Assembly (NCBI RefSeq): GCF_006345805.1
Contig: NC_042998.1
Location: forward strand, 75,950,001 to 76,014,000
Direction of reading: 5' to 3'
From: Octopus sinensis
Taxonomy: Eukaryota
Length of the DNA stretch: 64,000 nucleotides
Position numbers and translations under genes: made by a program
Shown: positions 29,521-41,809 of the stretch, one piece after another
Layout: each line of letters opens with the position of its first letter
Numbering within the stretch: position 1 is the stretch's first letter
Notes under the pieces: model-generated
What the model was told of the DNA's origin: nothing
Databases searched by the model: none
What the model saw: only the letters and a program-made list of their open reading frames with translations

Positions 29521-29753
29521 TGATAATGATAATAATAATAATTCTTTCTACTAAAGGCACAAGGCCTGAAGTTTGTGGGAGGGGGACAGTCGATTACATC
29601 GACCACAGTGTTTCACTGGTACTTAATTTATTGACCCCGAAAGGATGAAAGGCAGAGTCAACCTCAGCAGAATTTGAACTCAGAATGTAAAAACGAACGA
29701 AATGCTGCTAAGCATTTCACACAGCATGCTAACGATTCTGCCAGCTCGCCGCC

Positions 29754-29785
<32 letters not shown>

Positions 29786-30052
29786 CCTTTCCTTTCTACT
29801 ACAAGCATAAGACCTAAAATTTTGAGGGGAAGGGAAAGTCAATTACATTAACCCCAGTACTCAACTGGTACTTATTTTATCAACCCCCGAAAGGATGAAA
29901 GGCAAAGTTGACCTAACTGGAATTTGAACTCACAACATAAAAATGGATGAAATACAACTAAGCATTTAGTCCAGCATGCTAACAACTCTGTCAGCTTGCC
30001 ACCTTAATAATAATGATAGATAATAATCATAATAATAATGATAGATAATAAT

Positions 30053-30123
<71 letters not shown>

Positions 30124-30226
30124 TAATAATAATAATTTCAACACTCAACTGAATTTTCATGTATTTAAAGTATAAATAGAAAACATTTACAGTTACTTTC
30201 AGAAATTTTTGTAAAGTTTCAAAACA

Positions 30227-30495
30227 TTATTGCTTCCACTTTAGAGTACATATTTGGGCAATGTGATCTGAAGGGAACACAACACTGGGCAATGCTGTAT
30301 GCAGTACGACTTCACTATCATCAGGCAATGGAACCACTTCTGCCACGTCAAAACATGTGTTGTCATAAAAGATGTAGTCCAAAGTAGCATTGAAACCACC
30401 AACATAATTCGTATAAACCGGGTAACCACAGCCACTGGACAGAGACAAGAAGTGATTCAAATTCATTCCCAAAATAGAATCCGTACTTCCATTTA
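30227..30495 (-). CDS. PDE12: PDE12-like terminal coding exon
   Basis: (L)NGSTDSILGMNLNHFLSLSSGCGYPVYTNYVGGFNATLDYIFYD...LPSVVFPSDHIAQICTLKWKQ*; YTNYVGGF, LDYIF, PSDH and LKWK match the PDE12 C-terminus; ttttgtttcag acceptor, TAA stop. Confidence 0.93.
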
Positions 30496-30722
30496 CTGAA
30501 ACAAAAAATGAAAAAACATTAATCAACAGAATACGTTGATACATTGCAAAAAAAGACTCAACTATAATTGAGAAATCCATGGACTCAGTTATATCTCAAA
30601 TGTAGTTGGAAATTTTTGTGGATTCATTTATAACATGATTATAAGAGAATTCTGTGGACTCAAATACAATTGGGAATTCTGTGGACCCATTTACAACTCA
30701 AATATTACCATAAAATTGAGTA

Positions 30723-30927
30723 TTAAACCTTTTAGCATTTAAATAGGTCATATGCAGTCAAAGTTGGCCAGATCCAGCCTCACACACCTATTGTACAATG
30801 TCATTCTCAAAATAAACAATTACATCATTGAAATCGCAAAGTAACAAGATAATGCAAGATTAATTCACAACAATGAAAATAAATAAGTATTACATCTGAC
30901 AGAATAGTCTGAATAACAAAGAGTTAA
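30723..30927. mobile_element. piggyBac-type MITE (~205 bp)
   Basis: ttaa-accttttagcattt ... aataacaaagag-ttaa ends; second copy at ~52861-53075 (taaaccctttagtattt ... aatgctaaaggg). Confidence 0.6.
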
Positions 30928-31301
30928 TGCAAGAAATTGGTAGTAAAAAGATGCAGTTACAGAAAAAACTGAGAGAAAACTAAAGATTTAAATGTAATGA
31001 ATATCTGTCATAAAGAACTAAAATACTCATTACTCATAAGTTTTATTTATGTGACATAGAGGGACTTACTCATTTACTTGTTTCAGTCATTTGACTGCAG
31101 CTATGCTGGAGCACTGCTTTTAGTCGAGCAAATCGACCCCAGGACTTATTCTTTGTAAGCCCAGTACTTATTCTATTGGTCTCTTTTGCCGAACCGCTAA
31201 GTGACAGGGACGTAAACACACCAGCATCGGTTGTCAAGCAATGCTAGGGGGGACAAACACAGACACACAAACATATACACACACATACATATATATACAT
31301 A

Positions 31302-31348
<47 letters not shown>

Positions 31349-31942
31349 ACAAGCTTCTTTCAGTTTCCGTCTACCAAATCCACTCACAAGGCATTGGCTG
31401 GCCCGAGGCTATAGCAGAAGACACTTGCCCAAGATGCCACGCAGTGGGAATGAACCCGGAACCATGTGGTTGCACACAACCACTACTGCGCTTATATTAT
31501 TGATAGAAAGAATAACAAACACGGACACTGTACTTTGGTCATCACCTGGTGCCATACTCTCTTTAGTACCAGCTGGCATCCTACATATAAACTTTCACCT
31601 CCAAAACACGGACCATACTTTCAAACCTACCACTGTAAACATAACATGTATTTATATGCAAACAAAATATGAACCACTGCCTAAATTTACCCTTCCTAAA
31701 AACTCATCTTTAGAACAAATATACCTACCTATCCACCACTGGACAAAAGAACATGAATCTTGAAAGGCAACACTTGAAGTCTATGACTTATTTCCCTTTC
31801 CTATACCTAATCCATTTTACTAAGTTGTACTCCTCTCACACTCTGAGTTTTGGTCCTATTCTTCTTATGCCCTCTTCAATAAGAAAAATATACTGTACCT
31901 ATTGGTAACTGATTCTTGTATGTATTGGCTCTCCCAACCATT

Positions 31943-32075
31943 TAGTCCCTCTGAAGAAGCCTAGAGGCACACTCAACATCCAAACTTTATCTCCCCATCC
32001 CTACAGAACACTGAAGAGATGGAGATAGCATGGAGAATATCATGGCCTCTTGGCAGAAACGGCCGTAAGGAACTA
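31943..32075 (+). ncRNA. Type I hammerhead ribozyme motif with extended loop 2, antisense in the last PDE12 intron
   Basis: Stem I UAGUCCCU/AGGAACUA (7 of 8 pairs), core CUGAAGA (31951-31957), stem II GCC/GGC closing a ~95-nt insert, GAAAC (32056-32060), palindromic stem III ACGGCCGU, triplet GUA. Confidence 0.6.
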
Positions 32076-32412
32076 ATCCTTTACTTTTTTATGTATTACT
32101 AGTACATATGTGTGTAACACACAATCTTTGCATGTGTATGCATTCTTATAATAGTTCCTTATGTTTTAGAATAAATAGACATAATAGAATGTCTACTGGC
32201 TGATGCATGTCATTTTTGTATCCCCTCCATTTTCTTTTTTTGGCATATATATATATATATAAACACGAAGTGAGCTAGGTAAATAGATTCAAATACAAGT
32301 GAGCTAAAGAAAAGATAATTTCACAAGTATTTAATACATATGACTATTTTATGCTGGGTGAAATGACTGGCACAAGATAAAATTATAAAATTGTTAGAAC
32401 AGATCTTAGAAA

Positions 32413-32657
32413 ATTAGATTTTGGCACGTAAAAAGCACCATCGCCGTTTGCCAGCCCCGTCTGGCACCTGTGCGGGTGGCACGTAAAAAGAACCCACTAC
32501 ACTCACAGAGTGGTTGGCGTTAAGAAGGGCATCCAGCCGTAGAAACACTGCCAGATCAGACTGGGCCTCATGCAGCCTTCTGGCTTCCCAGACCCCAGTT
32601 GAACCGTCCAACCCATGCTAGCATGGAAAGCGGACGCTAAATGATGATGATGATGAT
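32413..32657 (+). mobile_element. SINE/LINE-tail family C ending in (GAT)n, RTE-like 3' terminus
   Basis: gttggcgttaggaagggcatccagc...aacccatgctagcatggaaagcggacgttaaa(tga)n; copies also at 43278-43640(+), and reverse at 21820-22000, 25270-25380, 50350-50790, 58320-58520, 60382-60960, 62490-63050. Confidence 0.75.
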
Positions 32658-33297
32658 ATAAGATCATGATAAATGAAAAGCAATTGTATTGCAGATTTGT
32701 CCAGCTTATTACAGAATGGGAAAATGATTGTCAAGCTGATATATTACTATGTTAAATACCTAACATTTTATCTGATAATTATTAATAAAGAATGATCTTT
32801 TTAAAATCAAGATTATATATAAGCAAGACTTCACTTTAACTGAAATCTATCGTATAGAGATATTATATTGATAAAATAATTACAAAAATTAAATAGTTTT
32901 CACAGTGTATTATCAAAGTTATTTATTTTTAAAAAATAACTAAAAAGAGCATTTTCTACATTCAAGACAGAAAAAAATAGAAATTAGTTAAGAAATACTG
33001 TTAATAAGTAAATAAATACCTGGAAACCTACAATTTTTGTTGACCACATAAGAAACTTAAGTATGAATAACTTCCCTTGCTTTCAAATTGTTGGTTCGAC
33101 AGCATTTATGTTATGGCAAGTTCTACAACCACGTTTATAACGTTTTCCCTTCAAGAATCTATCTCATTCACAAACCATCACTTTACCTCATATTTCAAGT
33201 ACCACATCAAATTTTTTAAATTCTTTTCTTACTTTTAATTTTAAATCAGAATTAATTAACATATATACGTGTGTATATGTGAAAATATATACATTAC

Positions 33298-33409
33298 ATT
33301 TCCATTCTTTAAAATCTGCTGCTATGCTTCCTGTTGTCATAAATAAATTCACTCCCCGCTCAGGATCACTGTTGAAATCACCACAGAAAACTAATGATAT
33401 ATTTTGACC
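33298..33409 (-). CDS. PDE12: PDE12-like coding exon (not in the ORF track)
   Basis: GQNISLVFCGDFNSDPERGVNLFMTTGSIAADFKEWK with catalytic GDFNS; ttttttcttag acceptor; donor T|GTAATG chosen because it gives the phase 1 needed by the last exon. Confidence 0.88.
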
Positions 33410-33560
33410 CTAAGAAAAAAAGAGAAATAATAAGAGACTATTATTTGTGTTGTTTATGTTAAATTATCTTGGATAAGTTAATTTATGTTAAAGTAAACAA
33501 GCAATAAAAATAGAACTACTTTGAGAGTTCTCACATCAAGGAACTGATACTGAATAAAAT

Positions 33561-33686
33561 TTGTTGGATCAATATTACTACCAGCTTGTTGGATGAATAT
33601 TATTACTGGTTTGTTGGATGAATATTATTACTGGTTTGTTGGATCAATATTATTACCAGTTTGTTGGATCAATATTATAACTGGTT
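33561..33686. repeat. 25-bp tandem repeat x5 in a PDE12 intron
   Basis: Unit ttgttggat(g/c)aatattattac(t/c)(g/a)gt. Confidence 0.9.
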
Positions 33687-34949
33687 TAACAACTGGTAAA
33701 GGGCCAAGCTCTAATCAGTACATCACATTTCAGACTTAAATGACCCAATACTGTAGACACTCAAATTCATAACTTCATACTAATATAAGTGAGACATTCA
33801 TTTATATACTTTCTTCTCTATGAAAATGGTCATATGCATAAGAAAGCACATCTCTCTCACTGTCCTCTAGGGCAATGCCTTTTCCATTGTGTCTGCAGGG
33901 GCCATGGGACAGTCTGACTTACGGGATATTGTATGTCTCACTCCTTGAATACTTAGATCCATGCAATAATTCATTAGTCACAGAGTAAATGGTTAACTAG
34001 TACAATAAACAAAAGTTTATAAACAGATGAAACTTAATATTTTAACTCCTTTGATGTTGGCAGAGCTAATCTGCCTGCCTTCCACATAAGAAAAAAATCA
34101 TTATTTCTTAAATTTATCACACTAGCTTGTTTTGAATAATTTATAATATTAAAAGGTGACAAATAAAGAGATGGTTGGATAAATGAAAGAACAAACAGTC
34201 TACATTCCAATGTCACATCTTGTTCAAGAATAAGCAAGTAGCAATATAGTCCACATGAAAAGAGGTAAATAACAAGTGTTGATAGATAACTAATTGACTG
34301 GCTGGAAGAAAAATAGTTTTTAACATTGTTTGATATACTTCACTTGCACATTTAATTTCCTACTCTAATGTTTGTCAACGATTTTATGGGGGTTTTTTTG
34401 GGTTTTTGTTTTTTGTTTTTTTGTGTGTGTATGCATGTTTATCATCCTGTTAGAATCATGCAATTTTCAAAACATCTGACTACAGATAACTGATCATCTC
34501 AAGTCAAGTACCAGCATTTGAAGCTATTTCACCTTATTTGTCTCTGAAGTCATCAGCTTTAAGGCACACAGTTCCTCTTGACTCTCAAATTCTTTCCATG
34601 CTAATAGCACTAGCAAAGAAGTCAAATCGCTTGTTATAAAAACACATTAGCAAGTATTCCATATGTCTGACCTAACACCAACTTTCAAAACACTCTAACT
34701 TCTTTCTCATTTCTAAGCCCCTCCCACAACTATCATCCTCTCTGTCCCAATCAGATCAGCTATTGCCCACAACTACACACCTCACATTTTCAACAACATA
34801 CCACTTTGAAACACTGTTTTGAATGCTGCCAGTTCTTGCAGGAATACTCATGACAGTTAAAGTGCTTTGTATTTGAATGATACAAGACAGTTAAGCAGGT
34901 AACCAATACCTATGCATATCTTATTACACCCCATCATAAGACCAAATCC

Positions 34950-35430
34950 TACAACTTCACACATCCCCAGTGGTCATGTAAAACTGTGCAACAGCAGTAC
35001 AAACAAAGAACAATACCAGAAGACCATCAAGAATGCAAGCAATACTTTCATGCATCATATGACCTGCTAGTTCTTTCACTTCCTACATTAAAGCCAAAAC
35101 TTCTTATCCATCTCCAGTAGGAATCACTACTAACTTTGTAGAATCCTCTTAGCTGCCAATTCACAGTTAAGATGGCTCTCTGTATAGAAGTCCTAAAGAT
35201 AAAGCCACTACATTTTCTGCCTATCTGGCTTCAAACTCCACACTGGACTCAGACAACAAAACTGCTCCCAAACTCTCCTACTCCACTCATCTCACCACCA
35301 CAAATACGCAGTTGCCAAACAAACAAGGAAACTAGTCCTAACAAAATCCACTCCATTACCTTCAAACAGTGTGCTCAAGATCTAGCCCCTTTCCTTGACA
35401 AATGTTAATCTTTCAATTTCTACAGCAATT
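34950..35430 (+). mobile_element. Decayed LINE fragment upstream of the RT domain (Jockey/I-like)
   Basis: PKDKATTFSAYLASNSTLD and SPNKIHSITFKQCAQDLAPFLDK resemble KA..FA..FASNSTLD and GPD.IP..VLK.CAPELAP. Confidence 0.5.
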
Positions 35431-35956
35431 AAGGCTGTTGGTATGAAGTTTGCTTCCCAACCACATTGTTTTGGATTCAGTCCCACACAGTGGCACCTTG
35501 GGCAAGTGTCTTCTATTACAGCCTAAGGCCAACCAAAGCCTTGTGTGGATTTAGTAGATGGATACTGAAAGAAGCTCTCATGTGTGTATGTATGTGTGCT
35601 TGTGTGCTACTGTTTCCTTGCCTTCACATCATGTGGTAGTTGTAAATGAGTGTCACCATCATGCGAGTGATGCCTTTCATTTCGATCATCTGTGAAAACA
35701 TTGTTATGAGGAAATATTTACTTGGAAACAGATAAAGGGAGTGACAGGAAGGGCATCCAGATATAGAAAGATCCACCAGATAGCAAACAATTAAATCTTG
35801 AAATGATAATTGATCACTCCATATAAGGAACAAAAAAAAATCAGGCAGAATCTCATTAATAATGAATAACAATAAAAAAAAAAACAAGAAAATAGCAACA
35901 TAATAAAACATCATCTGAGAGATAGAAAAAATCTTATAAAAGTGTCAATAATTTAC

Positions 35957-36112
35957 CTTGCTCTTGTACTTTTCTATTATATGTTCTATATGCTTCATAC
36001 AAACAGCTATCTGTATCAAACGTATGTTATCAGCAGTTGGATAGAAATAAAGATGGGTGTTGGCCACACACAGCAACTGACCAGACTTATCCAGTGATTC
36101 CAAAATTGACAC
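35957..36112 (-). CDS. PDE12: PDE12-like coding exon
   Basis: VSILESLDKSGQLLCVANTHLYFYPTADNIRLIQIAVCMKHIEHIIEKYKSK with ANTHL motif; ttttggcag acceptor, AAG|GTAAAT donor; 156 nt, phase 0-0. Confidence 0.92.
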
Positions 36113-38233
36113 CTGCCAAAAGACAATGAACAGAAATTTGAAATATGTTAAAAAGGATGGCATTAAAGAACTTTATCAAATAAATTTCATAAAATAATAT
36201 TCAACATTGTTAAAAAAATAAAAGTCTCATAAGATCAATACAATCATCATCATCATTATACTCTTTACTCTCTTTTACTCTTTTATTTGTTTCAGTCATT
36301 TGACTGCGGCCATGCTGGAGCACCGTCCTTAATCGAGCAACTCGACCCCGGGACTTATTCTTTTGTAAGCCCAGTACTTATTCTATCGGTCTCTTTTGCC
36401 GAACCGCTAAGTAACGGGGACATAAACACACCAGCATCAGTTGTCAAGCAATGCTAGGGGGACAAACACAAACACACACATGCATATATATGTATACATA
36501 TATACGGCAGGCTTCTATCAGTTTCCATCTACCAAAATCCACTCACACGACTTTGGTCGGCCTGAGGCTATAGTAGAAGACACTTGCCCAAGGTGCCACG
36601 CAGTGGGACTGAACCCGGAACCATGTGGTTTGTAAACAAGCTACTTACCACACAGCCACTCCTGTGCCTATCTTAATGTCTATTTTTCCATGCTTGTATA
36701 GGTCAGACAAAATTATGTTAGAGCAGAGTTTTCCACAACTGGATGCTCTTCTGGATGCCAACCCCTAACTGTTTCTAAGCAAGGTAATAATCCCCACCCA
36801 CTGAAAAACAAACAGCTTGGATAAAGTTAGATTGGGAACTGGAAACAAACAGCATCATTTGAATGCATTCTTTATTTACAAACATCGTGCAATATCTCCA
36901 AGAATCCCTGACATGCTTTTGCAGTAGACTGTAAAAACACAGCACAACCCTGTATGAATACTGATACTTTTGTTTACAATCAGCAAACACACATGAAGAT
37001 GAAGAGAAATATGAACTTACTTGCGTGTGCATGCACACGTATACACACACACACACACACACAGGTCAAGATTTTTCAGTTTCCATCTATCAATTTCACC
37101 CATAAGGTATTGGTCAATTTGCAGTTATAGTATAAAATGCCATTCAACAACATCTAGAAGGATTGAAACCTTAACTATGTGGGTCTGAAGTGAACCTCTT
37201 AACTGAACAGCCATGCCTGCACCTATACTATTTACTATTTTACTATTTTACTTGTTTCAGTCATTTGAATGTGGCCATGCTGGAGCACCACCTTTAGTCG
37301 AGCAAATCAACCCCAGGACTTATTCTTTGTAAGCCTAGTACTTATTCTATTGGTCGCTTTTGCCGAACCGCTAAGTTACGGTGACGTAAACACACCAGCA
37401 TCGGTTGTCAAGTGATGTTGGGGGGGACAAACACAGACACACAAACATATACACACACACACACACACACATATATACATATATATGACGGGCTTCTTTC
37501 AGTTTCCGTCTACCAAATCCACTCGCAAGGCTTTGGTCGACCCGAGGCTATAGTAGAAGACACTTGCCAAGGTGCCACACAGTGGGACTGAACCCGGAAC
37601 CATGTGGTTCGTAAACAAGCTACTTACCACACAGCCACTCCTACGCCTATATCATAAACTTACAATATTAATGATTCTAAAGAAATTAACTACATATACT
37701 AGTTAACAAAACAACTAGGTGCAGAAAAGGAATGATGGAACATTGAGGGTCAAAATAGGGATAAAGTAAACCATAATTAAAATGGAAAGCATCATAATTT
37801 GGAATGGCCAAGAATAGTATGCTGTACATGTTATAATACAATCGATACTTATCTCAACATAAAACAATAGTATTTCAAAAATAAAGTGATATTAATCTTC
37901 ACCAATTTAAAAATATTTTAAATAGTGGTGTTTTGTGGACGGTGATAAAACAGATGTTGTTAAACAAAATACATGGTGAAAGTTGTGTTTTAGGAGTACA
38001 AGAAAGATAATATGAATCAACAGAGTACTGAAGATGATTAAATATATTTCTCAGCTACCTTTAACATTTGAAACTCAGAATGTTAAGAGCACCCAGCACA
38101 CACAGTAAAGTAGTTGGCATTAGGAAGGGCATCTTGTCATAGAAACCAAGCCAAATCAGACTGGAACCTGGAGCAGCTCTCCAGCTTGCCAGCTCTGGTC
38201 AAATCGTCCTACCAATGCCAGTATTGAAAACAT

Positions 38234-38273
<40 letters not shown>

Positions 38274-41200
38274 GTGGAGGAGGAGGAGGAGGAGGTGGAC
38301 GACGACGACAAAAGGTTTAAAAGTTCTTGCTAACTGCCAAATGATATAACTCTCAATAAAGAATAAATGAAAAAATAACATCATCATTGTTTTACATCTA
38401 CTTTCCATGCAGGCATGTGTTGAATGGGTTGTCATGATTCAAGGCAGTTCTTATTTGAAATTACTCCCACTCTCATCTCCCAATGGGCCAGGAAGAGGAA
38501 CACATTTCTCTTGTATTTTTTTTTTTTTTTGGTATGTTTTTTGTGGTTGGATGTCCTCCTAACACTAACCTCTTTATAGAGTGTACTGGGTGCATTTTAT
38601 TATGGAACCAATAGTAGAATGAAAGAAAGACAGAAGTGAGAGTGTGATGGAGAGAAAGTAAGTGATTGTGATGATTGAAATGAGAGGGAGAAACGATCAC
38701 AGAGTGAGCTGGAGAAAGGGTGATTGCAGAAGATAAACTAAGGTGAAAGGAAGAAAGAAGTGATAATATGACAAGGAAACAGTCTAATTGGAGTGACAGT
38801 GTGGGAAAAAATGTACTACAAGGAGCAATGGCAAGGAGTAATGGAAAAGAGACAGTAATGGGGGAGAGACACCAACAGCAGCTACAACTTTGCAGGTGGA
38901 AGAGAGGGAGAGGTGGACAGCCATACAAATGGTCAGTGGTAAGAGAGTAACGATTGTCAATAACAAGTTAGTTGGTGAGAGAAAGTGGTCAAGTTGGTGA
39001 CGGCAAGAGATTGATAGATATCAATAACAGAATGATGTCAGGGAGAGTAAGTAATGGTTAGCAGTACAGGAGAATAAAGCAGCCCCTCCCAAATCCAAAG
39101 CAGCACCTCCCAGACTATGTGATGGGAGGCATAATTACTTAGGCCTTATGAAAGGAGAAAGAAAGCAAGTGTGCTGTTATCCATTTGTATGTGCTTCTCC
39201 TCAGTTATAATTCAATGGTACAGTGTCTTGCAATCTGAAACATTTCAGGTCTCACATCACAAAACATATGTGAACTCCTTATTTTCTGCTTCCCATCCAG
39301 CAAAGTATACCAGACATCTAGCTTCTTAGTATCGCTCTCTGATGCCCACTTTCTTCCAATCTTTCCAAGCCTGTCTTTTTTATATTTCTTTACTAGTTCA
39401 GAAAAGACAATTATACTATGAAAGCTATTTATAAAACATAACATCATGGAAACTATTTATAGTTAGCACAATTTCCCACGTGGTTCAAAAGCATAACAAC
39501 CAGTTTTATGCATGAGCATATACCATAATTCTTCTGAACCAACTGAATTATTAAAGAAGAACAGATAACTATACTAGGCTGACACCCAGAGGCCTAGTGA
39601 GTACTAAGTGTAAAAGAATGACTTGTGTAAGAGTTGGTCAAACCATGTACAAGAGTGCAACAAGTTCAATGAAGAATTTAGTGAACAGATAGGTAAGTGT
39701 TCACTGGGGCTGTGTTTTTAAATACAATCAAATAAAAGCATCAGATTGCAGGACTGGTTGTCCTTGAAAGCCTTTATATGCTGAAGATCTAAGTTTTCAG
39801 AGAAGAAACAGAGCTAAACAAAACATTTTAAACTGGCTACTTAGTAGGGAATAAAGCATTGAGAATCAAAACCATATTGACCACAGTTCTAATTATTAAT
39901 AAATAACACAAAATTGCAGTGCCATCTGGGAAATGACCTTATTTGATATGTAGGAGATTACCACTCAGAGCAAGAAATGAGCATAGAAAAAGTAGACTGG
40001 CTGAAAATGAGGATATTTGATGTACAATAATTAGAAACTACCATGAAATAATTACCTTGGATAGCTTACATTCTCACTAGACAGTTAATAGTTTCTGTTA
40101 GATAATCTCTGTAGTGAGCAAATAATAAGGAAGGGGTAGAAGAATTTCAAGGAGCTTTTGCTTCTGCTGGCAACAAAAGGCAACAAAAATAGACTATGTG
40201 TAAAAGTTGAAGTTCTTGTTGTTTAGCTTCACATCAGCTCTAACCAAGCAAGTGCATGACCAGAGACATTTCAGCTATGACTATCTCACCTTCATTTTTC
40301 ATTCACATTGTATTTAAGACTACATTATCCAATGTGTGCACCTTCCACTTTTTAAGACAGTAGGAGTAAGACTTGAGAGATTTGTCTGCTATTTCTAGCA
40401 ACTACATTGAAGCATGATGCTGTGTAGTGGTAGGTAATAGGTAATGAATGTGAATCAGAGTAAAGAGATACAAGAGTGCCTGGACATTAATAATAGCACA
40501 TTCATCATTATCATCATCATCATCATCGTTTAATGTCCACTTTCCATGCTAGCATGGGTTGTTACATTCATGAGACACTACTCTAAGGATGCAAAAAAAA
40601 AATGATTGCTAGGTGAGAAAGACGTAAGAAAGTCAGATGTGAAAATACTAAATCCCAGAAGGGAAGTGATAAGTGTAAATGCTTCTGAAGGTCTTTCAGA
40701 TGATTCATTCAGTACCTTCTTCAGAAAACTAACAGACAATGTAGAGGAAAGTATTCTGCTAAAAAAACACGATAAAATGTATACAGTGGATTTGAATTTA
40801 TAACTTACGACTATGAATGAGGTAAGAGGAATAATTCAGACAATGCCGTCCTGGAGACACAGAAATTAAAACATCAGTAGAAACAAGGCTGAATGAATCC
40901 CTGTGGTTAATACGTTAAAACTTATATTCAATTTAATTTTGAAAAAATGTTCTAAGTCATTGTTTCTAAAATACGTACGAGGTCTTACATTTTGAGTGGA
41001 GGAATTAGTCAGTACCATTGACCCCAGTATGTGACTAGTGTTTTATTTTAGTGACCTCAAAAGGATGCGAGTCAAAGTCAACCTTGGTGGAATTTGAACT
41101 CAGAATGTAGAGAACTAGAAGAAATTTGAACTCAGAACATAGAGTACTTGAAGAAAGATTACAATGGATTTTGTTTGATGCTGTAACAATTCTGCCAACA

Positions 41201-41676
41201 TACCAACCATTAAATACAAGCAACTCATTCACCTATTTCTTTAAATTAATATCCAAAAATAAAAATTCCAAAAGTCTTTGTTGGTTGGGAACAATAATGT
41301 TTAACTACAAACTATACAAGCAACTTTCTCATCATATTAATCAGTGTTATGTCAGAACATCTGGCAGACTTTATTGCCTTAAGACAAAATTTAAGAATCA
41401 AAGTAATAAAAGTAAAAATATCTTAACTGTCTAAATAATTAGATAAGTTTTTCTTAAGATTATAATTTTAGAGACTTATTAATCTCATCTTTAGAATTGA
41501 AATGTATTTTAATATCTACCTCCACATTATGTTTCCATCATTTTGATCTCTGATCAGCATCAAGTGTCTTATTCAAAGTATAGGACCAAAATCAATCAAA
41601 ATATAGTACAGGTGTAAATAATTAGAAATTTTCAGATCTTTCATGGTGAAATTAATAGTACAAAAAAATGTCATAC

Positions 41677-41809
41677 CTGTTGGATAGTTTGCTTCTGTAA
41701 AACTTTGTGCATTAATTGTTCATTACATTCCAACAAATTCAGTATATCTTTAAACCTGCTGTCAGACTCAATAATTTCAGACAGGACTATATCGTGTTTA
41801 TCAACCAAT
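41677..41809 (-). CDS. PDE12: PDE12-like coding exon (not in the ORF track)
   Basis: Hand translation (K)LVDKHDIVLSEIIESDSRFKDILNLLECNEQLMHKVLQKQTIQQ; acatttcag acceptor, CAG|GTATGA donor; 133 nt bridges phase 2 to phase 0 exactly. Confidence 0.85.
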
